Shown one piece after another: positions 20,999 through 30,510 of a stretch of 64,000 nt of DNA. Origin of the DNA: Pelagomonas calceolata (Eukaryota); the NCBI GenBank assembly GCA_918797485.1, contig CAKKNE010000005.1, positions 1,364,001 to 1,428,000 on the forward strand. Direction: 5' to 3'. Position numbers and translations under genes: made by a program. Below the pieces are notes generated by a model. The model was not told where the DNA came from. It searched no databases and was given only the letters and a program-made list of their open reading frames with translations. Position 1 is the stretch's first letter. Every line of letters starts with the position of its first letter.

Positions 20999-22054
20999 TT
21001 AGGCGTCCAGCAAGACTACTAGGAAGAGCACGACCAGCCCGAGGCCGTAGCAGAGCACCTCCCGCGCGCGCGACGACACGAGGAGCTCCGTGTCCTCGAG
21101 GACCGGCCGCGCGAGGCGCCGCTTGCCGCCCGCGGCGAGCAAGACGTCCCGGAACAACGATGTGACCGCCGTGCGGTCCGCCACGCGCAACGTCCGGAAG
21201 TCCGCGCCCGCGCTCAGCGCCAGATCCCGCGCCTCGACGTCGTCGTCCACGTTCTTTTCGAGGGACGTCGCGACCAATACCACAATGGCATTTGGGGGCG
21301 ACTCCGCCGTCGCCCGCAATAACCTGTTGGTAGCGTCGGCGAAGGCTTCTGATGACGCACGATTATACAGCACGAGGACCGCGTCGGCCACTTTGACCAA
21401 TTGATTCGTTTGCTTCGCGAAGCGATCGTCGCCGGACGTGTCCCAGATCTTGACGCCCCGAGCTAGACCTTTGAGAGATTTGGGCGCCTGCGTCATGTAG
21501 GCCTCGACGCCTAGCGTCGGCGCCGGTCGCAGCTCCGAGAAGCCGCGCGCGTACGTCCGGCAGGCCACGGTCTTCCCAGAGCCTTTCGCCCCGATCAGCA
21601 CGACGGAGAACGTGGCCTTGTCCTCGGCGCGCGGCGAGCCCGGCATCGTCTTGATGACGCGCTCCGTCGGCGACTCACTCTCGTGGAGGAACTCGGTTTT
21701 CGGCGAGGGCGTCCGCGACGGTCTTTTCTGGATGCGCTCTCGCCGGCGCCGCGGGCCCTCTTCCAGGGCTTCGACGTCTCGTTGCAAGGCTTCTTTGGAG
21801 GCCAACACCGTGGCTTCATCAATTCTACTTCTAGATAAAGATCGTTGTCTCGCTTGGGACCGCCTTCGAGACCTAGCTGTTGATCTAGGACGAGACTCCC
21901 GATCCACAACCCCTAACGAAGCCTGCAAGGCCGCCAAATCGCTCTCCGACGTGCGCCGCGGCTCCTCTTGTCTAGCCTGCTCCTCGCTCGGCGTGGGGCT
22001 GAAGAGTAAAGCTTCGATGGCGGCCTTCTTGGCCACGGCGTCGGCGTCGGCCAT
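20999..22054 (-). CDS. Divergent Rab-like small GTPase with N-terminal extension and C-terminal transmembrane anchor
   Basis: VVLIGAKGSGKT, PTLGVE and IWDTSGDDRF; hydrophobic tail LCYGLGLVVLFLVVLL. Confidence 0.8.
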   Translation of the reverse strand: MADADAVAKKAAIEALLFSPTPSEEQARQEEPRRTSESDLAALQASLGVVDRESRPRSTARSRRRSQARQRSLSRSRIDEATVLASKEALQRDVEALEEGPRRRRERIQKRPSRTPSPKTEFLHESESPTERVIKTMPGSPRAEDKATFSVVLIGAKGSGKTVACRTYARGFSELRPAPTLGVEAYMTQAPKSLKGLARGVKIWDTSGDDRFAKQTNQLVKVADAVLVLYNRASSEAFADATNRLLRATAESPPNAIVVLVATSLEKNVDDDVEARDLALSAGADFRTLRVADRTAVTSLFRDVLLAAGGKRRLARPVLEDTELLVSSRAREVLCYGLGLVVLFLVVLLDA

Positions 22055-22342
22055 GGGTGCGTGTGTTGCGTGGTAGCAGCACTGGCTGCCCCGAGCGCTT
22101 TCGGACGCGGCTTTTTTTTTGTTGTCTATCTTCAGAGGTACGGTACCGGTACCACCGAGGTAAGGTACTTACCGCCTCACGATCACCTGCTCCTCTTTCA
22201 CCTGCAGCCGGCATTTTGCAATCTCGGCGGGCATTCTCTCTTTTATCACAACCTGCTTTTTGCAAATCTCTCGGGTGGCAGCGTTCCAGGCAGCGCTTTA
22301 CATCGATTGCTGCCCAACACTGGTCTGAGAGCCTGCACCACG

Positions 22343-23314
22343 ATGCCATCGATGCGGTGCACCCTCCTCACCGCTGCACTCCTCGTTCCGCAGGGCGCGG
22401 CCTTCGCGCCCACGACCAGCGCGCGAGGCACCGCGAAAAAACTACACGCGGCGCCCTACGAGCGCTACCTCGACGCCGCCTGCGAGGCCGCGAGGGCGGC
22501 CGGCGCGCTCATCCGGTCCGCCTCGACCGACGAGCGCGCCGTAGACACGCTCAAGGCCAACGCCAAGGATTTGCTGACGAAGACGGACGTCGCCTGCCAG
22601 GACGTGGCCGCGGCCGTCCTCGCGCGGCGCGAGCCCGCGTCCCGTTTGTTGGGCGAGGAGGACGTGGCGCCCGGCGCCGACGCGGCGGCGCGGGCCGCCG
22701 AAAAAGCCTTCGCGACCGACGGGCTGGTCTGGGCCGTGGACCCCATCGAAGGCACGGCGAACTTCGTGGACGCCATCCCGCTTTCGGCGACGTCCGTCGC
22801 GGCCGTGGAATGCGTTTCTGGAAATTGCCGCGTCGTGGCCGGCGCGGTCTACGACCCATATCGAGACGAGCTGTTCGGCGCGGCGTATGGTAAAGGCGCC
22901 TGGGTCGAGACTGCGGGCAAACGGACGCCGCTCGCCGTCTCCTCGTCCATGTTAGGCGACGCCATCGTCTACGCGGGCGCGCCGCCGGGGATGCGGGCTC
23001 TAAAACCGTCGCTGCGGGGCATCGCCGCCGTCGCGCCGCACGTGCGGACGATGCGCCTCCTCGGCTCCGCGGCGATCATGCTCGCGTACGTCGCCGCGGG
23101 CCGCGGCGCGGCCTACTTCGAGTGCGATCTGGCGGCCTGGGACACGGCGGCCGGCGCTCTGCTCGTGGAGGAGGCCGGCGGGACGGTCACGGACGCCGAC
23201 GGTACGCCGTACACGCCGCTAACCCGACAAATCGTCGCCGCGGGCGCGTGCCACGGCGACCTGCGGGCGCTCGTGGACGGCGTCGGCGGCGCGCGGCTCG
23301 ACGACGAGGACTAA
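22343..23314 (+). CDS. Plastid-targeted inositol monophosphatase family protein
   Basis: Signal peptide followed by GAAFAP (ASAFAP-like); LLGEE, WAVDPIEGTANF, RLLGSAA and WDTAAGALLVEEAGG. Confidence 0.92.
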   Translation: MPSMRCTLLTAALLVPQGAAFAPTTSARGTAKKLHAAPYERYLDAACEAARAAGALIRSASTDERAVDTLKANAKDLLTKTDVACQDVAAAVLARREPASRLLGEEDVAPGADAAARAAEKAFATDGLVWAVDPIEGTANFVDAIPLSATSVAAVECVSGNCRVVAGAVYDPYRDELFGAAYGKGAWVETAGKRTPLAVSSSMLGDAIVYAGAPPGMRALKPSLRGIAAVAPHVRTMRLLGSAAIMLAYVAAGRGAAYFECDLAAWDTAAGALLVEEAGGTVTDADGTPYTPLTRQIVAAGACHGDLRALVDGVGGARLDDED

Positions 23315-23460
23315 ACTTAGGACTATGTGTCACTGTCTAGTACGCGGGTTTTTTTGGCTTAGCAGCAACTGAGCATAACTTTAATCGCCCCGTGTAGGAT
23401 CATAATCCGCCAGTCTAGAGACGCGGCGGTCTCACGCGCAATTCTCTAATCGCCACAGCC

Positions 23461-23847
23461 ATGGCCGCGCGGCGCTTTGTTCCTCCTGCTACACCTCTGC
23501 TTATGGGAGAGCGGCATCTCCCCGGCGACGTCCTGCAGCGCGTACTTGTGGGGCTCCCTTTGGAAGCTCACCGCGCGGCGGCCTCGGTCTGTAAATCATT
23601 CCGCAGGGTCATCGCTGGCCCGCGTTTTCTCGCGGAGCGCCGACGGTGCGGCTTCGCGGAGCGCGGCATCGTGAGCGTCAGGACTACACAGGGCGACCTG
23701 TCTATTTGCATGGCCCACAATATCGGGTATATGGCACGAATCTCTGGAAATTTTAGTCGAACCCTGGATGGCTCGACGACCGACGGTGGTATGCGAAACC
23801 TGTTTTGTGAATTGAGTCCAGGCTGCTCATGTGCAGTTATACGCTAA
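23461..23847 (+). CDS. Short F-box-like ORF, possibly truncated or a pseudogene
   Basis: LPGDVLQRVLVGLPLEAHRAAASVCKSFRRVI; coding quality decays after ~100 aa, with a possible GTATGC donor near 23789. Confidence 0.45.
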   Translation: MAARRFVPPATPLLMGERHLPGDVLQRVLVGLPLEAHRAAASVCKSFRRVIAGPRFLAERRRCGFAERGIVSVRTTQGDLSICMAHNIGYMARISGNFSRTLDGSTTDGGMRNLFCELSPGCSCAVIR

Positions 23848-23987
23848 CGTAGCGTTGAGCACGTATGTCGCTCGGCTTCTGTGTTCTACCCTTTCTATAT
23901 GTCCCGCTTACAGTCAGAGATAGAGGACCGCGCCGGGCATACAAATTACCAGAGTGACCTGAGAGGGTAGCACACAAACCGTGCACA

Positions 23988-25061
23988 ATGTCGTTGAAAC
24001 AATGCCTCCTCCTCGCCTGGCTCACCCCACGGCTCGTGGTTGCGCCAAAACCAAGAGACATAAGAGGCGCGGGAGAAAACGCGCCCCGAGCTTTCGACCA
24101 CTACCGCCACGTCCACGTCCCGAAGACGGCCGGGACCGTGTTTCGAGCAGACGCGGCGCGCGTCCTGCCGCGCAACGCGACACTTCACACGGCCGAGAAG
24201 TGCTACTGCACGAAGTACAAAATTCGTAATGACGCGCCGACGATCCTCTTCGTGCGCATACCCGAAACGCACGTGCTCTCACAATATGCACAATGCAAGT
24301 ACTCGTCGTGGGCGCGGCGGCTGCCGCGGATGGTTGATTTCTTAGCGACGCACGACTTTGCTGATTGGCTCGACGCCTTGTCTACGTCGGACGACGACTT
24401 CGGCTGCTACAACCCCTGGAACCTCCAGACGCGGTATTTGACCTGTCATTCTACGAGATACGTGCGAGACAAGAAATATGATCACCTGGACGGCCACCAC
24501 GTCGTGCGGCCGCGCAAGCACTCCCATCATGGCTTCGGGCGAACAGGCGACGTCGCGGCCGCGACGCGGCGTATCACTTCATTTAGCTTCGTGGGCGTGG
24601 CGGAACACTACCATGCATCACTCTGCATCTTCGCGTTCTGGGTGCGCGGGGCGCTACCACAGGGCTGCGACTGCGCGCATTCTGATGCCTTCGCCGCCGC
24701 GGCGAACGGCTCGCACCCGTCCATGGTCCACGGCGTCCCGCGGCTCAGCGTCGACGGGCTCTCGCTAGACGTCCGCGCTCGTATTGCGCCCTTTGTCGCG
24801 CAGGACCACGAGGTCTACGCCGCTGGCTTCCGACGGTTCGCGGAGGCGGCGGGCGGCGTCGTCGAGGCCGCGACTGGTACACAAGTCCTATGTGCGAGAG
24901 ACATACAACCCGCGACGCGCGCCGCGCTCGGAAAAACGACCGCGGGGCGACGCCTCGTCGCCGCCCTCGACGCGGGCGCCCTCCCACAACCGCAACCGGG
25001 CCTCCTGCCGCGCCGCGCGGACGGCGTCGGAAGAGTAGAGCCGGCCTGCAGCTTTCACTAA
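23988..25061 (+). CDS. Secretory-pathway sulfotransferase-like protein
   Basis: Signal peptide; 5'-PSB-like HVHVPKTAGT, 3'-PB-like FVRIPETHVLSQY, and FVGVAE..SLC. Confidence 0.75.
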   Translation: MSLKQCLLLAWLTPRLVVAPKPRDIRGAGENAPRAFDHYRHVHVPKTAGTVFRADAARVLPRNATLHTAEKCYCTKYKIRNDAPTILFVRIPETHVLSQYAQCKYSSWARRLPRMVDFLATHDFADWLDALSTSDDDFGCYNPWNLQTRYLTCHSTRYVRDKKYDHLDGHHVVRPRKHSHHGFGRTGDVAAATRRITSFSFVGVAEHYHASLCIFAFWVRGALPQGCDCAHSDAFAAAANGSHPSMVHGVPRLSVDGLSLDVRARIAPFVAQDHEVYAAGFRRFAEAAGGVVEAATGTQVLCARDIQPATRAALGKTTAGRRLVAALDAGALPQPQPGLLPRRADGVGRVEPACSFH

Positions 25062-25069
25062 CACTAGAT

Positions 25070-26746
25070 TTACGAAGGTGCGACCGCCGCGACGGCCCCC
25101 GCCCATACCCGCAGCGTCGCCGCGCGCGCCGCCGCCGCGCCGTCGCCCCCCTCTGAACCTTCTTCGTGGACGGCGGCCGCAAGATCAGAAACGCAGTTCG
25201 CCAGCTCGCCGACGCCGCCCCGCCCCAAACCCTCGAGGAGCGTCGGCCGCGCCGCCGGCGCGAAGACCGCGCAGAAGGCCAAAATCGCGCCGCAGAGCCG
25301 CAGCGCGTGGAGGCCCGCGCCGAGCGCTCGCGCTAACGTCTGGAGCGGGTCCGCGCCGCCCTCGCGTTCAATCGCGACGACGTCGCGCATGTAGCCCCCG
25401 TACCGCTCCAGCACCTTCTTGAGCTTCTCCTGGTCCTTCTCCAGGAACTTGCGCACGAGGCGCGCGCGGGCCTCGTCCGGCGCGTTTTCCTGAGAGGCGT
25501 AGAGGCAGAGCGCGGCGACGCAGGCCACGACGTGCTCGTCGAGGGCTCTTTGATCATCGTTCCTACGCCGCTTCCGCCTTTTTTTAGCTCTCCGGTCGGC
25601 GGCCCCGACGACGGCGCCGCGCGCCGCGCCGCGGCCCATCAAAGCAGGAAAGAGGTGGCGCATGCCGTCCGCGCTGATCACTCTTCGAGGCGCGCCCGTG
25701 GCCTCCTCCATCGCATCGTCGCGCGGATGCTCCAATGCGGCCGCTAGCACTCTCAGTGAAGGCGCGGCGGCCGCCCGCCCTTCGCTCAGACACCGCAGCA
25801 TGAGCTCGACGCCCTCGGCTTTCACGAACTCGGGCACTGCTGTCGAGGAGGCGCCGCTCAATAACGCCGCCAGGCTCTGGAAGAGATTTTCCAAGAGCTC
25901 CTCGTCGTCGGGGCCCTCGGGGTCCTTGCGTCGGTACTTGGCGCAGGCCCGGAGCAGCGCATCGATGGTCTCCGGGGTCGCGAGTATCGTAGCGCACGAC
26001 CCGCATAATATCGACAAAACCTCGGCGCTGTACAATTTAACCGCGTCGTCGCCTTTTTTGGCTACGATTCTCGACGCGAGCCACGTCTGCAGCACGCGCG
26101 CACTACGCTTCGCTACTTCCTCGTCTTCGATAATATGTTCAAAGACACCTAACGCGTGGTGCCGCGCTTGGGCTTCCTCCGGCACGCCCTCGTCGAAGCG
26201 CTCCAGCGACTGCGAAAGCGTCTCCAGTCCTTCGCACTTGATCAAAGCCTCCACGAATGCGGCATGACCTTTGATGGCTTCCTCACCGACCGCATCGTCC
26301 GCATCCGTCAAATCAAACAACAACGCGACCGCCGACGCGGCAATGTCCCCATTCTCATGCGCCAGCAGCCCCACGACCGAACCGACACCACCTAACCGAG
26401 CGAACTCGCCATAATATTCGGGAGCTGCCGCACACAAGCCCAGACCCTTGATCGCGTCATCTAGATCGACCTCGGACTCCACAAACTTCGACGGTTCGTC
26501 CGCGTACTTGACGCGTAACTGAGCATTTCGCGTGATGCGCTTTTCTAGGGTTAATAATAACTTCCGCACGGCCGCTTGATCAATTTCCTCGATGTCCTCG
26601 TCGTCCGCTTTCTCTAGAATGGCGTCGATGGTCTTGTCCGTTTTTGGTTGCTGCGGGTCCTCATAATAGCCCGTTCTACCATTCCGCGTCGTGAAGACGT
26701 AGCCTTGTATGGAACCCGTGTAGGCGTTGCTTGCGCGGAAGTCCAT
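25070..26746 (-). CDS. CTNNBL1: Beta-catenin-like protein 1 (Prp19 complex)
   Basis: LEKRITRNAQLRVKYADEPSKFVESEVDLD, LLAHENGDIA, KLYSAEVLSIL, YRRKDP..EELLENLF and EGVELM. Confidence 0.93.
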   Translation of the reverse strand: MDFRASNAYTGSIQGYVFTTRNGRTGYYEDPQQPKTDKTIDAILEKADDEDIEEIDQAAVRKLLLTLEKRITRNAQLRVKYADEPSKFVESEVDLDDAIKGLGLCAAAPEYYGEFARLGGVGSVVGLLAHENGDIAASAVALLFDLTDADDAVGEEAIKGHAAFVEALIKCEGLETLSQSLERFDEGVPEEAQARHHALGVFEHIIEDEEVAKRSARVLQTWLASRIVAKKGDDAVKLYSAEVLSILCGSCATILATPETIDALLRACAKYRRKDPEGPDDEELLENLFQSLAALLSGASSTAVPEFVKAEGVELMLRCLSEGRAAAAPSLRVLAAALEHPRDDAMEEATGAPRRVISADGMRHLFPALMGRGAARGAVVGAADRRAKKRRKRRRNDDQRALDEHVVACVAALCLYASQENAPDEARARLVRKFLEKDQEKLKKVLERYGGYMRDVVAIEREGGADPLQTLARALGAGLHALRLCGAILAFCAVFAPAARPTLLEGLGRGGVGELANCVSDLAAAVHEEGSEGGDGAAAARAATLRVWAGAVAAVAPS

Positions 26747-26943
26747 CCCTCTCTGAGCGGTGTTGTGGTTGCTTTCAGCAGTGCGCGCGGCGTGCAGGTG
26801 ATGGCGGGCTTTGGGCCCTTGTAAGCCTTGGCGGCGCCGCAGCTGTGCGGCGCTGGATGCGTGCGTGTGCTAGCCGACCGCGACTCACGCGTACTGCCAG
26901 CGGATTGCACAAGGCGCGGTGGCGCGGCGCGCGCCGCAGAGGG

Positions 26944-26965
26944 CTAGCGGCCTGTAAGGCACTAG
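26944..26965 (+). promoter_or_regulatory. CTAG-bounded promoter element
   Basis: CTAGCGGCCTGTAAGGCACTAG in a divergent gap. Confidence 0.7.
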
Positions 26966-27246
26966 CAAGCAGGGCAGCCCCTCCGAAGGCCCCGACCCGC
27001 CGCCGGAGGACTACGACGACCCCTCTAGGAGCGATCCGAGGCGGACGCGCGCACGCAGCGCTGCCCAGCGCGGTTTGCTCGGCTCTATCTTTGGGGCAGC
27101 CCCGGAACGCGTGCCTCCCGCCGACGGAACGGGACCGAGGCAAGCCGAGCAGCCGCCCGCGACGCTCGCATCGCGAAGCGGCAGCGCTGGGCTGCACCCC
27201 CAGCCAGCGGAAAACTATCCACAGCGCCGGCGGGCGACGCGAAGCC

Positions 27247-29325
27247 ATGGAGGCCGCCGCGAAAGCCGCCGCCGCCGCCGCCGACACGCCGCGCACGAAT
27301 CAAACGCGCTGCGCCATCGCCACGACGTCCTGCGCCGCGCCCGGCGTCGACGTCCTGTGCTGGTGGGCGACGTACCATATCAAACTTGGTGTGGATACGA
27401 TCTACCTGTACGTCCACGACGCGTCGGTCGTGGAACCGAAGAAGAAGGCCCAAGGCGTCGCGGCGCCGTCGCCACTCCTCCTCAAAGTACAAGAGCGGCT
27501 CAAATCCCTGAACCTGGAGCGGCAGGTCCTCGCGTTGCCGGCGTTGAGCCACCAGAAGGGCGCGGGGACCGTGGATGTGGTCGCCATGCAAGAGCGCGAC
27601 GTGCACGACGCCATCCGACGAGCTCGAGCGTCTGGCTTTGATTGGCTTTTCCACGTCGACGACGACGAGTTGCTCCATCTGACGAGTGGCAAATTTGGTA
27701 AGGGCGAACTGGCAAAAGTCGTTGAAAAGGCGCGCGATTCGACGTTTAACCTGAGGCTGGACAATCTGGAAGTGCGACGGACCTTTCCCGAGATCAAAGA
27801 ACCGTACAATTTTTTTGAGGAAGAGACGCATTTCAAGTTGAGAGTGGCCCTACATGCGGACGGGTCCTCGGTCAAGAAGCACCACGACGCGCGCTTTTAT
27901 ATTCATGGGGGCAACCCGGCGTCCGGGGCGGACAACACGACAGCTCCCTTTTTAAGTTATTGGAACGGGAAGAGTGGAGGGCGCCTCAGCGAGCCCGGTC
28001 TCAAGCCCTGCGGCGTGCATTTTTTCGGAAGCGCGCGGGGCGACGCGGCGCGCAACGGCGCGCAGGACGCCGCCGACGGCTTGGTGTTGCTCCACTACCC
28101 CTTCTGCCACTTCGCGACGTGGCGCCACAAGTTTAACGTGCTGGACGCCACCCAAAGGTCGGACTGGGGCCACTACCGGGCGGCCCGCTTAAAAATTGTG
28201 GAGGCGATGGCGCCGGGCGGCGGCGGCGAAAAGGCCATCGAGGAATTTTATAGGGAGGCCGTCATGCTCAAGGGGGCACCCACCTCGGATGTGGAGCACG
28301 TCGCCGTGAATCTGCCCGCTTCGGCACGACCGCAGCAGTGGCGCACGGGCGTCTACAAGCGCATCGATGACGGAGAAGGACGGTGCTACGCGCGGTGCGA
28401 GAAGGCCGACAAGGACGGGCCCAAGTCGTACCTCTGGAACATTCCCTCGAAGAAGATGTGGCTCGTCGGCTCGACGCCCGGCGCGACGACGGGCGCGGCC
28501 GTCGCGTACGATGAGGCAGAAGACCCATCGAAGATCGGCGCCCCGTGGTGCGTCTACGACGGCAGCGCGTGGGTCAAGGCGGCGGGCGCGGCCGTGGGCG
28601 CCATCAACGTTGATGGGGAGGGGCGGCGCTACGCGGTCGTCGACGCGAAGCGAATTTTCGGGGACGCCCCCCTCCCCACCGGAGGTGAAGAGGAGGTGAA
28701 GAGGCGGAGCCAGCCCGACCACGCGCGCCTCGCGGCGATCGTCCTGGCGGCGCTCACTCACGAGCCCTACGCCGCCGTCTTCTGGCGGGCCTGCGAGAAG
28801 GCGGCGAAGCGCGAGCCGCCGGGCGCGGAGCGCAAGCCCGAGGCTTGCAAACGGGCGCTCGCGGCGGGCGCGCGCGCCGTCGGCGCGCCGCGCGTCGCCG
28901 CGTCGCTCGTGGCTGAAAGGATGGCGGCGCTGCCCGAGCACAAGCGGCGCGCGGCGCGGACGCTCTCGAAGTCGCGCGACGCCCACGCCGACGTCCTCTC
29001 GAAAACAACCGAGGACGCCGTCGTGCTGTCGATCCCCGGCGCCGAGTCCGTCCAGTCCTGGCGCGCCGGCGTCTACGCGCGCGAGACGCAGACGCTGTAC
29101 AAGCGCGTGCGCGAGGCCGACGAGCAGGAATCCTTTTTATATGCGCTGCCGAAGCGCGGGATGTGGCTCGTGGGGTCCACGCCGGGCTCGACCGTCGGCG
29201 GGCTCGTCGCCTACGACGAGGTCCGCGACGCGCGCAAGCTCAACTGCGCCTGGCACGTCTTCGACGGGCGGACGTGGGCGCCGGCGCGCGGCGTGGCCGT
29301 GACGGTGGCGAAGGGGCGGGGGTAA
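27247..29325 (+). CDS. GT-A fold glycosyltransferase-like protein (Glyco_tranf_2_4/GT92-like) with two C-terminal Trp-rich repeats
   Basis: WATYHIKLGVDTIYLY, DWLFHVDDDELL (DxD), NGKS and LLHYP..F..WRHK; duplicated domain GVY.R..S.L...P...MWLVGSTPG.T.G..VAYDE..D......W.V.DG..W. Confidence 0.75.
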   Translation: MEAAAKAAAAAADTPRTNQTRCAIATTSCAAPGVDVLCWWATYHIKLGVDTIYLYVHDASVVEPKKKAQGVAAPSPLLLKVQERLKSLNLERQVLALPALSHQKGAGTVDVVAMQERDVHDAIRRARASGFDWLFHVDDDELLHLTSGKFGKGELAKVVEKARDSTFNLRLDNLEVRRTFPEIKEPYNFFEEETHFKLRVALHADGSSVKKHHDARFYIHGGNPASGADNTTAPFLSYWNGKSGGRLSEPGLKPCGVHFFGSARGDAARNGAQDAADGLVLLHYPFCHFATWRHKFNVLDATQRSDWGHYRAARLKIVEAMAPGGGGEKAIEEFYREAVMLKGAPTSDVEHVAVNLPASARPQQWRTGVYKRIDDGEGRCYARCEKADKDGPKSYLWNIPSKKMWLVGSTPGATTGAAVAYDEAEDPSKIGAPWCVYDGSAWVKAAGAAVGAINVDGEGRRYAVVDAKRIFGDAPLPTGGEEEVKRRSQPDHARLAAIVLAALTHEPYAAVFWRACEKAAKREPPGAERKPEACKRALAAGARAVGAPRVAASLVAERMAALPEHKRRAARTLSKSRDAHADVLSKTTEDAVVLSIPGAESVQSWRAGVYARETQTLYKRVREADEQESFLYALPKRGMWLVGSTPGSTVGGLVAYDEVRDARKLNCAWHVFDGRTWAPARGVAVTVAKGRG

Positions 29326-29339
29326 GCATCGAAAGACAA

Positions 29340-30320
29340 TTACCAGCCGTACTTCGCGTTCGTCTCGGCCTTCGTCTTGGTCGCCCGGCCGCGCTTCTCC
29401 ATGAGCTCGAGCTCTCGCTCGGCCGCGGCGATGGCCAGCGAGTTGATCTGGTGCTTGCGCTTCTGCGTCTTCGTCGGGCGCGTCGTCGTCGTCGTCTGGC
29501 CGGTCTGCGTGTTGTAGAAGGCCGCCGCGATGGAGACCTCGGGGGCCCGGCGCTCCGAGGCGGCGAGGAGCTCGTCCGCGGACCGCGTCTCGACGCGCGG
29601 CGCGACGTCGGCGACGACGACGCCCTGCGCGCCCTGGAGCTGCGCGAAGGCGGCGACGTCGCCCTTGGCGAGCGCGGCCTCGGCGTCCCTTCTACGGCGC
29701 GCGGCCGACCGCGCGGGCGGCGCGGGCGGCGGCGGCGGCGCGGGCGGCGCCGCGTAGGGGCTGGCCGCGAGCGGCGGCGGCGCGCGCGACCGCCGCGGGC
29801 CCGCGAGCGGGCCCGCGGGCGGGCCCACGGGCGGCGCCGCGGCGACGGCGACGGGCGCCGCCGCCGCGCGGCGCGCGCGGCCCCGCGCGGGGAGCGCGAA
29901 GAACGCGCCCCCGGCGGGCGGGCCGCCGTCCGAGTCGTCGTCCGAGTCGGCGGCGGTGGCCGGCGGCGGCGCCGGCGCCGGCGGCGGCAGCGGCTCCGGC
30001 GGCGCGGGCGTCGCGTGCTCCGGCGCCGGCAGCGCCGCGAGGAGCGCGTGGCCGCGCGCGCCGCCGCGCACCTTCGCGGGCGCCGCGGCGGCCGCCGCCG
30101 GCGCCGCGCCGTCGTCGTCGTCGCTCCAGGCCGCGCCGCCCTCGAGCGCCGCCCGGATGTCGGGCGGCAGGATCGCGCGCGCCTGGATCGCCCACCGCGA
30201 CTCGCGCCGGCCCGCGCGCGGACCCTCGCGCACGGCGGCGCGCGGGGGCTTGGCGGGCTCGTCGTCCGACGACGACGCCTCGTCGCCGGACGAGGCGTAG
30301 CCGGCGACGAGGCCTTTCAT
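29340..30320 (-). CDS. PRCC: PRCC-like proline-rich protein
   Basis: N-terminal LVAGYASS; C-terminal KRKHQINSLA..A.ERELEL...KTKAETNAKYGW. Confidence 0.88.
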   Translation of the reverse strand: MKGLVAGYASSGDEASSSDDEPAKPPRAAVREGPRAGRRESRWAIQARAILPPDIRAALEGGAAWSDDDDGAAPAAAAAAPAKVRGGARGHALLAALPAPEHATPAPPEPLPPPAPAPPPATAADSDDDSDGGPPAGGAFFALPARGRARRAAAAPVAVAAAPPVGPPAGPLAGPRRSRAPPPLAASPYAAPPAPPPPPAPPARSAARRRRDAEAALAKGDVAAFAQLQGAQGVVVADVAPRVETRSADELLAASERRAPEVSIAAAFYNTQTGQTTTTTRPTKTQKRKHQINSLAIAAAERELELMEKRGRATKTKAETNAKYGW

Positions 30321-30488
30321 CTCTGTTGTGTAGCTACACTGCTGGCACTACTTGTACGAGTGAGGCTCGGCGCGTCGTACCCACCTCCGCCGGTCTGACG
30401 GCTACAGCAGGCTGTGCGGGCGTCGTTACAGGCTTCCCGATCCTGTTGTGCCCAAGGACAAAGGTGCGGCTTGAGGCCCAAAACGAGG

Positions 30489-30510
30489 CTAGCGCATGTA
30501 AAGACACTAG
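30489..30510 (+). promoter_or_regulatory. CTAG-bounded promoter element
   Basis: CTAGCGCATGTAAAGACACTAG about 170 nt upstream of the PRCC start. Confidence 0.65.
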
